The notes below the pieces were generated by a model. It had not been told where the DNA came from, made no database searches, and saw nothing but the letters and a program-made list of their open reading frames with translations. The position numbers and the translations under genes were made by a program. Shown piece after piece: positions 27,059-33,730 of a DNA stretch of 34,468 nt. Each line of letters begins with the position of its first letter. The first letter of the stretch is position 1. Source of the stretch: a virus (taxonomy: Duplodnaviria > Caudoviricetes); the IMG/VR virus record IMGVR_UViG_3300037589_000222, positions 1 to 34,468 of that record; one strand, given 5' to 3'.

Positions 27059-27363
27059 CTAGATTCAGTTGGTTTTACTTCCTCGCTGACTACTTCGATA
27101 TTATTGACGCTATTTGCGGTCTCAAGGAATACTGTTTCAGTCATATCAAGCCAAACAGGAGGCTGTGTTCTACCGCTATAAACTCCAAGCCATAGCTTTC
27201 CATGAAATAGGAATTTTAAACGTTCCCAGAATGATGTAGTCCAAAGGGAAATACATTCACCGCTTTCGGTTCTGCATACCCATAAACTTCCGCACTGTTC
27301 GTCAGTCATTGAATCTGGTTTTTTCAATTCTACATTTGCTTCTTTAATTTTTTTTGGTTTCAT
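27055..27363 (-). CDS. Hypothetical phage protein
   Basis: Tightly packed ORF, Trp-rich. Confidence 0.7.
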   Translation of the reverse strand: MKPKKIKEANVELKKPDSMTDEQCGSLWVCRTESGECISLWTTSFWERLKFLFHGKLWLGVYSGRTQPPVWLDMTETVFLETANSVNNIEVVSEEVKPTESS

Positions 27364-27367
27364 AATT

Positions 27368-27592
27368 TTAAAAGTTTAAAATGTTGTCTAATTGTTTGAG
27401 CTGATCGAATGTTACTACCTTTCCGACAACTTCATCAATAGTCACATCAACAGTAACTAATTTATTCAATCCTAATTCATAGGTAAATTCGATTAGAATG
27501 AATCCTTTCTTATATCTTAAAGTTTCCCATTCATCATGCTCGTAATGCTTTACTAATTCAAAGCCTAAATCAACGACTTGTTGCTCTTCCAT
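27368..27592 (-). CDS. Hypothetical phage protein
   Basis: Tightly packed ORF. Confidence 0.65.
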   Translation of the reverse strand: MEEQQVVDLGFELVKHYEHDEWETLRYKKGFILIEFTYELGLNKLVTVDVTIDEVVGKVVTFDQLKQLDNILNF

Positions 27593-27599
27593 GCTATAG

Positions 27600-27998
27600 T
27601 TAAAAGTTTTTGCTTAATATTTTTCCAAGTTCTAAACAGAAGTATTTTTTGTTGTATTCTGCACCCCATTCGGTAAGCCCCGTATCCACATCTATACCTT
27701 TTAATTCAATCACAAATTGATTCCTGTTTTTAGAAAATCCATTTGAAAAAGTTATGGTCTCAAATTTTTTGATTTCAGCCCAATAAGCTTTCATAACAGT
27801 TTTGAAATCATGATTATTCAATAAGTCATATACAATGTCTTCTGAAATCCATTTATTATCGTTTTTGGCTTCTTCAGGATAATCAACTTCAATAAGCCTT
27901 TTAGTCCAATAGGGTGTTAGGTTTCGATACTCCTCTTTCTTCTCTCCAGAAGCAATCATATCAAACCACTTCTTTTTTAAGTTTAGATGTAATGTCAT
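27600..27998 (-). CDS. ASCH domain protein
   Basis: LHLNLKKKWFDMIASGEKKEEYR signature. Confidence 0.8.
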   Translation of the reverse strand: MTLHLNLKKKWFDMIASGEKKEEYRNLTPYWTKRLIEVDYPEEAKNDNKWISEDIVYDLLNNHDFKTVMKAYWAEIKKFETITFSNGFSKNRNQFVIELKGIDVDTGLTEWGAEYNKKYFCLELGKILSKNF

Positions 27999-27999
27999 A

Positions 28000-28193
28000 C
28001 TACAGGTTTAATGCTACTGTTTTTGAGTTTTATAATGAATATTTCTACAATTCCAACAAACTAAATGACCTGTTTTGGTGTCACGGAATCCATTGAATAT
28101 ATGCGGACTGTGTGCCTTTGGTTTTGGCTGCAAATTGCAGTAATTACAGGTTTTTATGTTGGAAAATAGATTGCTCATTTTCTACAGTTTTAA
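28000..28193. repeat. 194-bp exact direct repeat, copy A
   Basis: Identical by eye to 30304-30497, offset 2304. Confidence 0.95.
28014..28178 (-). CDS. 54-aa CxxC...CxxC Zn-finger protein, copy A, not in ORF track
   Basis: MSNLFSNIKTCNYCNLQPKPKAHSPHIFNGFRDTKTGHLVCWNCRNIHYKTQKQ*. Confidence 0.75.
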   Translation of the reverse strand: MSNLFSNIKTCNYCNLQPKPKAHSPHIFNGFRDTKTGHLVCWNCRNIHYKTQKQ

Positions 28194-28399
28194 GGCAAAG
28201 CATCCCAATTCCAAGGACGATTTACTTTGCGTATTTTATTAATTCTGATTTGCTGTACTTTTTGAGGAGAAATCATCAAATCATTTTCAATCATAAAATT
28301 TCTAACTCTGTTATATGATAGATCGAGTAAATTAGCTATATCCATCATTGATAGTTTTTCTCGATTTTCTTTTATGAATTCCTTCTGATCGTCGTTCAT
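28190..28399 (-). CDS. Small HTH protein
   Basis: MSxxDIA.LL-type HTH pattern (LSMMDIANLLDLSYNRVRNF); paralog of 28644..28919. Confidence 0.65.
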   Translation of the reverse strand: MNDDQKEFIKENREKLSMMDIANLLDLSYNRVRNFMIENDLMISPQKVQQIRINKIRKVNRPWNWDALP

Positions 28400-28402
28400 T
28401 AT

Positions 28403-28657
28403 CTACAGTTTTAATAATTTTTCAATTCTATTAATGTCTGCTTTGATACTCTCCAGATGGTTGAGTCGATCTTTGTGTGCAATCTCTCTTTCAAGCACAT
28501 TTGATCTTAATGGATTTCTTGAATACCATTCGATATGTTTGAAAGCAATCTCTTGATCTGCTTTTCTTCTGTCGAGTTGTTCTTGCAGTGGTCGTTCGTT
28601 TCCATCCTTATCATACTTCCATATTAATGTTGGACATGATTTGTCAATACGCTGCAT
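28403..28657 (-). CDS. Hypothetical helical protein
   Basis: Tightly packed ORF. Confidence 0.6.
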   Translation of the reverse strand: MQRIDKSCPTLIWKYDKDGNERPLQEQLDRRKADQEIAFKHIEWYSRNPLRSNVLEREIAHKDRLNHLESIKADINRIEKLLKL

Positions 28658-28919
28658 TTGTAAAGCCTGTTATTGGATTCCAACCATATTGATAAAAAGG
28701 ATGATTCAATTTTTGGTAAATACCGCTTTTTTCCTTTTGAATCCTTTCTTGATGAGCTTGCTTTCTAAACTTCTGGATTAATTCAGGAGGTGCTTTTAAT
28801 TTTTTAGAGTTACAATAAGATAGAACTAGGCTAAATCTTACATTAAGAATCTGAGCCATTTTATTTTTACTCATTTTCAAGTAGTTTTCTTCTACAAATT
28901 TCTTTTGCTCGTCGTTCAT
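28644..28919 (-). CDS. Small HTH protein
   Basis: MSKNKMAQILNVRFSLVLSY HTH pattern. Confidence 0.65.
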   Translation of the reverse strand: MNDEQKKFVEENYLKMSKNKMAQILNVRFSLVLSYCNSKKLKAPPELIQKFRKQAHQERIQKEKSGIYQKLNHPFYQYGWNPITGFTNAAY

Positions 28920-28924
28920 GATTT

Positions 28925-29137
28925 CTACAGATTAAGTGTTAATTGTTTGTTTGATTTTCCTCGATAATATTCTCCCGTCAACCGATTGTATTGAAACCAA
29001 TTATTCGAAAATTTTGATTCGTAAGTTTTGAGATTAATAGCTTTAATCCATCCACCGCAATCAAGACACCTTGTGTCAGATTTTTCACAGTTATGATAAA
29101 CTGCTTCACACTGTGGATCTGGGCAAACTTTAATCAT
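28925..29137 (-). CDS. Zn-ribbon protein (start revised to MIKVCPDPQC)
   Basis: CPDPQC...CLDCGG; ATG follows the recurrent motif. Confidence 0.65.
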   Translation of the reverse strand: MIKVCPDPQCEAVYHNCEKSDTRCLDCGGWIKAINLKTYESKFSNNWFQYNRLTGEYYRGKSNKQLTLNL

Positions 29138-29142
29138 GATTT

Positions 29143-29328
29143 CTACTGTTTTACTGTTAGTGAATCTACTATTTGCATTCTGCACTTCTGAATGTTGTCT
29201 AAGTCTTTGTCATTACAATCAAAATATTTTTGCAAATCCTCTTTTTCTTCAATGTCTGTTATTGCATGCGCTAATATTGTGTTGATTCTTTCTGCCGTTC
29301 TTACAGACATTTTTAATTTTACTTCCAT
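29143..29328 (-). CDS. Hypothetical protein
   Basis: Tightly packed ORF preceded by a motif variant. Confidence 0.6.
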   Translation of the reverse strand: MEVKLKMSVRTAERINTILAHAITDIEEKEDLQKYFDCNDKDLDNIQKCRMQIVDSLTVKQ

Positions 29329-29337
29329 ATTCTACTA

Positions 29338-29943
29338 TTAATTTGTTATTTGATCTAAGATTGATATTTGCGTTTCCTTCTTTCCCCACTGTTTGGCAAT
29401 TGCTTTGGCAATACCTGGAAACGTTCGGCTTCTTAATTTTTGTCTTTCAGGACCTGGTGGTAACTTCCAAATTCTTTGTTCTCTACCTTCAACAATATTT
29501 GTTGATTTCAGTTTATCAAGTCCTTTAAGCCAGAAACATGTTGCTTTCGTTTCACCGTGACCATATTGCCAAGGTTGTATTAACTGATCGTACTTTCTTC
29601 CTAGAAGCTTTAGAGCGTATTTATGTGGAATTGGATTTTCAATTGCTATTCGTTCACACGGATGGTCTAAAAACAATTTAAAGAAATCACATGCTTCATA
29701 CATCTTTATCCAGCGTTTTGCGTCTTTATGCAAGTGCTGAACACCAGAATTGGCAATGTATGTGCATGGCGGGTGTGCGATAATTAAGTCCCAATCATTA
29801 TACAAGATGTCTTTTACATTTCCTTGATAATGTTGTCCAGGTATCGCGGTTTCTTGAATGTCACAACTCCATGCATCGTGACCAAGTTTTTTAAACTCTT
29901 CACGAACAATTCCGCTTTCTTCGCATGCTATTAGTACTCTCAT
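29338..29943 (-). CDS. Short phage C5-cytosine methyltransferase-like protein
   Basis: VLIACEESG, WSCD, DLIIAHPPC (catalytic PC), IENP, TFPGIAKAIA. Confidence 0.8.
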   Translation of the reverse strand: MRVLIACEESGIVREEFKKLGHDAWSCDIQETAIPGQHYQGNVKDILYNDWDLIIAHPPCTYIANSGVQHLHKDAKRWIKMYEACDFFKLFLDHPCERIAIENPIPHKYALKLLGRKYDQLIQPWQYGHGETKATCFWLKGLDKLKSTNIVEGREQRIWKLPPGPERQKLRSRTFPGIAKAIAKQWGKKETQISILDQITN

Positions 29944-29962
29944 GAAACTACAGGTTTTTAGA

Positions 29963-29978
29963 GCGCCCCGAAAGGCGC
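29963..29978 (-). other. GC-rich hairpin with UUCG loop
   Basis: GCGCCT-TTCG-GGGCGC on the minus strand, no U-tract after it. Confidence 0.6.
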
Positions 29979-29986
29979 GTTAAGTT

Positions 29987-30253
29987 TTAGCTGTCAATTG
30001 AATTTTTATAGGTGTTGACGTTTTTATAATTCACGTCAAACTGTACCGCGTTCTCTGAATGCACCTTTCCAGTAGTTTCATTTTTTAAAATGTAATCTCC
30101 TCTGTTCACTTTACCGAAATCAGTATTAACTGTACCAGAACTTACGTCTAAAAGATAATTACCAGACATATCCGTCCACCATTTAGGTACTTTTTCTTCC
30201 ATCCATCTAAATGCTTGAAAATTTTCGTTTTTGTCATTAATTACATGTTGCAT
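29987..30253 (-). CDS. Hypothetical phage protein
   Basis: AFRW...VNRGDYILK pattern. Confidence 0.65.
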   Translation of the reverse strand: MQHVINDKNENFQAFRWMEEKVPKWWTDMSGNYLLDVSSGTVNTDFGKVNRGDYILKNETTGKVHSENAVQFDVNYKNVNTYKNSIDS

Positions 30254-30303
30254 AATGTTTTATAATTTTGATTGCGTCCTTTGAAATAGGCGGTACGCGA
30301 TAC

Positions 30304-30497
30304 CTACAGGTTTAATGCTACTGTTTTTGAGTTTTATAATGAATATTTCTACAATTCCAACAAACTAAATGACCTGTTTTGGTGTCACGGAATCCATTGA
30401 ATATATGCGGACTGTGTGCCTTTGGTTTTGGCTGCAAATTGCAGTAATTACAGGTTTTTATGTTGGAAAATAGATTGCTCATTTTCTACAGTTTTAA
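30304..30497. repeat. 194-bp exact direct repeat, copy B
   Basis: Identical by eye to 28000-28193. Confidence 0.95.
30318..30482 (-). CDS. 54-aa Zn-finger protein, copy B
   Basis: Same sequence as 28014..28178. Confidence 0.75.
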   Translation of the reverse strand: MSNLFSNIKTCNYCNLQPKPKAHSPHIFNGFRDTKTGHLVCWNCRNIHYKTQKQ

Positions 30498-30507
30498 ATC
30501 TATTTTG

Positions 30508-30574
30508 CTCTGTGGGTAAGAGTCGAACCTACCGTTGTTTAAATTTACCTTTTAAACCAAATCGCCATCACAGA
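30508..30574 (-). ncRNA. tRNA-like structured element lacking a proper D-arm
   Basis: TCTGTG/CACAGA acceptor-like stem, GGTAGG-TTCGACT-CTTACC T-arm, GTTTAAA-N7-TTTAAAC arm. Confidence 0.55.
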
Positions 30575-30698
30575 TAACCATCTTTCGTCGTTGAAAGTAA
30601 AGTCACGTTCACGTATCTAACTTTTGCATCGGGATTCAGCAGAACTCTCTTTTAGCCCGTTTAATTTCTACTTATTAAAACCTGTTTTTGGTTTTAAG

Positions 30699-30890
30699 TT
30701 ATTTGATACAGTATTTTATAATTTGTCTATGAATACCATCGTGAACGGTTATTTTCTTTTCTTTGAATAGCTCGTTTAGAGCTTTTTTAATATCTCCTAG
30801 ATTTCCAACAAAATCAGAAATGTATAATCCACAATGACCGCCTGAGCCTATATGCTTTTGTTTGATTTGATCTAGTAGTTTCTGCTTCAT
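30699..30890 (-). CDS. Small hypothetical protein, possibly winged-helix
   Basis: ATGA-coupled; KKALNELFKEKKI helix followed by a beta hairpin. Confidence 0.55.
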   Translation of the reverse strand: MKQKLLDQIKQKHIGSGGHCGLYISDFVGNLGDIKKALNELFKEKKITVHDGIHRQIIKYCIK

Positions 30891-31693
30891 TTTTCTTCTG
30901 TACCAGCATACCTGTTATGAATTTCCTTTTCTACGATTTCATAAACTTGTGCATCATAGTTTTCCGAGTTTTCACCATTGAGTTTTAAATATTCTCTTAG
31001 TTTATCTTCACTCACATTTTGGGCTTCAATACGTACTTTCTCTAAATAATCCGTTCTATTGGTAACGATTCCTTTTTTCTGTAATCGCTTTTTATGTCTT
31101 GAGCCTAAGCCCGATCCGTTTCGATTATGATTTACTTTTTCGTCTCCAATACCTTCAAACATTTTAGAAGCTACTTTAGGATCGATTCCATTCAATGTGA
31201 TTCCTTTGAAATCATCTTTTGCTTTTTGATGTTGGTTTTCTCTTTCCTGAGCTTTTAGTTCTAAGTATGCGGGAATCCATTTGTGAAACACAGTTTGGCT
31301 ATCAAGCCTAAAATCTTTACCGTCTCCGATTTTTCCTTGACGAGCATATTTAAACATCAATGCAACATCTTCAAGAGTTTCATATCCAAAGACCTCGAAT
31401 AAATCTAATGCCATCATTGAAGCTTGAGTTGGCGTGAACTTTTTACCAACATTGAAATTCTCAGATAATCTAAGCGCTAAGTATGCTATGGCTTTGATTA
31501 CGTTCTTTTTTTCAATTTGAGTGGAAAGCTTATTGAGTTGAATTCCATCCATTGCTTTTGATACAGTAAGTTCACTCTCAAAAACAATAAGCTCACTCGT
31601 ATCATTTTTAGCCAAGCAACTCATCAACTGCATGGTTGACTTCTGACTTAATGTCGCTATCTGATTTGGCGTAACTTGTATTCCTGTTTCCAT
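30887..31693 (-). CDS. Replication-associated protein, possible helicase loader
   Basis: Overlaps and follows the initiator gene; function positional. Confidence 0.45.
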   Translation of the reverse strand: METGIQVTPNQIATLSQKSTMQLMSCLAKNDTSELIVFESELTVSKAMDGIQLNKLSTQIEKKNVIKAIAYLALRLSENFNVGKKFTPTQASMMALDLFEVFGYETLEDVALMFKYARQGKIGDGKDFRLDSQTVFHKWIPAYLELKAQERENQHQKAKDDFKGITLNGIDPKVASKMFEGIGDEKVNHNRNGSGLGSRHKKRLQKKGIVTNRTDYLEKVRIEAQNVSEDKLREYLKLNGENSENYDAQVYEIVEKEIHNRYAGTEEK

Positions 31694-32447
31694 TGCTAAT
31701 TATTTCGTCTTTCCAAGACTGGTTGTTTAAAAAAGTTTCAGGGTTCTTTCGGTATTGCTTGTTTGGTTGAGCTTGTTTGTAATTTGGAATGTAAATCATG
31801 ATTGCTTCCTTAGTTTGCTGAGAAAGCTTTTCCCATTTAGCTTTTATCTTTTCTTTTCTTCCAACTTTTTTATCATACTCATTCCAAAAATCATCGAACG
31901 TCGGATATATTTCTACATCTACATTTTCATTTTTAATTACATTTCCATCTTCATTTGCATTTGCATTTGCTTTATTGTTAACCATTTGGTTAACCATTTT
32001 TTTAAACCACTCTCTAACCTTTGATTTTATTAGGTTTTCATCTTTAATTACTTCACCATTTTCTTTGATGAAATCGTCCATGATGAACAATTTTTTTATT
32101 TTTTCTTGCTGCTTTTTATTTAATTTTGATCGAGAAATTAAACCTGCAAAACAAGCTGCGGCGGTTTTTTTTGGTTTGTTCGTTGACCGTTTGGCTATCT
32201 CTTCGGCTAACCTAACGTTTAACCAACCGTCAACCATTTGGTTGAACTTTTGGTTAAGCACGTCCTTAATGGTTTGTTCAGTACAACCTGAACAATACAT
32301 TAATAATCTCCGTGTGTCGTTCGGGATTGTTCCATTTTGGTGCTGGTAGATTAATAAGTCTACGTAGCATGCGCGTTCCTCTGGAAGCATCATGCGAGTA
32401 CCTTCATAGAAGTCTTTAGAATAGAATAAGAATGCTGGATCTTTCAT
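31608..32447 (-). CDS. Replication initiator (DUF1376/YdaU-like N-terminus)
   Basis: PAFLFYSKDF...EERACYVDLL; C-terminal FDDFWNEYDKK...NPETFLN..W.DE. Confidence 0.8.
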   Translation of the reverse strand: MKDPAFLFYSKDFYEGTRMMLPEERACYVDLLIYQHQNGTIPNDTRRLLMYCSGCTEQTIKDVLNQKFNQMVDGWLNVRLAEEIAKRSTNKPKKTAAACFAGLISRSKLNKKQQEKIKKLFIMDDFIKENGEVIKDENLIKSKVREWFKKMVNQMVNNKANANANEDGNVIKNENVDVEIYPTFDDFWNEYDKKVGRKEKIKAKWEKLSQQTKEAIMIYIPNYKQAQPNKQYRKNPETFLNNQSWKDEIISNGNRNTSYAKSDSDIKSEVNHAVDELLG

Positions 32448-32453
32448 GAATGG

Positions 32454-32657
32454 CTATTCAACAATTGTTACTGTTATTTGCTTCATAATTCTTTCATAGA
32501 TAAAGGCGCGTTCCTTGGGGGATAGCCCTCTATCTGAAATTATTTTGTTATCTATTATTTCGAACTTTACTTCTATGTTGTTACGAAGCCTGAATAGATA
32601 ATACACTGAAGGTAGATCCAGACTTGCAACGACATAGAAAGTAGGCTGTTCGTTCAT
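32454..32657 (-). CDS. Hypothetical protein
   Basis: ATGA-coupled ORF. Confidence 0.6.
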   Translation of the reverse strand: MNEQPTFYVVASLDLPSVYYLFRLRNNIEVKFEIIDNKIISDRGLSPKERAFIYERIMKQITVTIVE

Positions 32658-32944
32658 TCCAGTTTTTTTACACTGTCGAAGATTACATTGTCAAACCTCT
32701 GTATTTGGCTGTCTCTCGGTACTTCGTTAAATTCCAATGAGAAAAAAACTTCGATATCGTCGTTAACTTTAAGCCCTTGCACAAGTATCATTTTACTTTT
32801 GCGGACTTGAAATCGTGCTGGTTTAATTGATCCTATTGGTTGAATAATTAAATCAACGCGCTCAGTGTCTGGAAGATTCTTTTTCCTCTTAGTTACTTGT
32901 ACTGTTTCTATCTGTAATATTGTGCCTTTAATTGATGGTGTCAT
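32654..32944 (-). CDS. DUF3127-like OB-fold protein, putative SSB
   Basis: IKGTI...FQV...LKVNDDIEVFFSL...FDN pattern; replication module. Confidence 0.55.
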   Translation of the reverse strand: MTPSIKGTILQIETVQVTKRKKNLPDTERVDLIIQPIGSIKPARFQVRKSKMILVQGLKVNDDIEVFFSLEFNEVPRDSQIQRFDNVIFDSVKKLE

Positions 32945-32968
32945 TTGTTGTAGGTTTGGAGGTTCTAC

Positions 32969-33715
32969 TTAATTGCTTTGATTCTCGAAATATGTTTTGG
33001 AAAAAGTATGGCTTACAACATCATTGCATGAGATTGTTTTTGCGGAAAGGATTGTGACTTGAAACGTTCCTGTTTGATCGCTATCCTGTCTTAATTTGGT
33101 CAGGAAGTTTATTATGTACACTTTGGCTTTTTCCGCGTCTGTAGCGTTTAAAATGAAGTTCTGAGTTATTAATCCTTCATCTTCATAATTTACTTCAACT
33201 TCTACCTTATAATAATGTTCTTCTTTCTTGGTTTCCTCTGAAGAATTGGAAGAAATTAGGTTACTGTAGTCCAGCTCTCTAATTCCCTTGAACTTGAATA
33301 CTCCTGAATACTTTTGCTCCACAAAGTCTATGGCTATATCTCGTGCAGTTTCAATTGAGTTTGCGTATAAGTAGATATTTTTCTTTTTCGAGTTTAATTC
33401 AAAGGTTACTACCCAAACAGAAGCATGATTTTTAACTAGCTCACATTCTCTTTGCTGGTTGCTTATTTCTACTTCTTTAATATCTCCACTTTGTAGATGG
33501 AAGTTTATTTTTGAAATTGCATCATTATTAAGATGAGTACCTCTTTCAAAGATTAACTCATTTCTTTCGATTGAAACTACATCTCCAGTATCTTCATCTA
33601 CAAAATCTTCATTCCATGTACGGAGTAGCCTTTTAGCTAGATACATGTTTTTCATTTCCGAGATGTCGGAAGTTGTTATGATTCTTTCTTCAAACTTAGT
33701 TTTCATATTTACCAT
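32969..33715 (-). CDS. Phage protein with RpoB-insertion-like N-terminal domain and two DUF4494-like repeats
   Basis: LAKRLLRTWNEDFVDEDTGDVVSIERNELI; C-terminal half has two similar units (LYANSIETA, LNATDAEKA). Confidence 0.75.
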   Translation of the reverse strand: MVNMKTKFEERIITTSDISEMKNMYLAKRLLRTWNEDFVDEDTGDVVSIERNELIFERGTHLNNDAISKINFHLQSGDIKEVEISNQQRECELVKNHASVWVVTFELNSKKKNIYLYANSIETARDIAIDFVEQKYSGVFKFKGIRELDYSNLISSNSSEETKKEEHYYKVEVEVNYEDEGLITQNFILNATDAEKAKVYIINFLTKLRQDSDQTGTFQVTILSAKTISCNDVVSHTFSKTYFENQSN

Positions 33716-33730
33716 TTTTTATGTAGAATA

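Noticed and set aside
28014-29145. Amber recoding or readthrough linking cassette genes
   Set aside because: TAG-to-ATG spacing is in frame at 28403 but not at 28925 or 29143; no CTA-anticodon tRNA; long genes have no internal TAG
28000-30497. Diversity-generating retroelement TR/VR pair
   Set aside because: Copies are identical with no adenine-specific mismatches, and no reverse transcriptase is in the window
27594-30497. Classical integron with attC sites
   Set aside because: No RYYYAAC...GTTRRRY palindromes and no IntI in the window
30508-30574. Functional tRNA-Tyr(GTA)
   Set aside because: No D-stem and no U33, so it is reported only as tRNA-like
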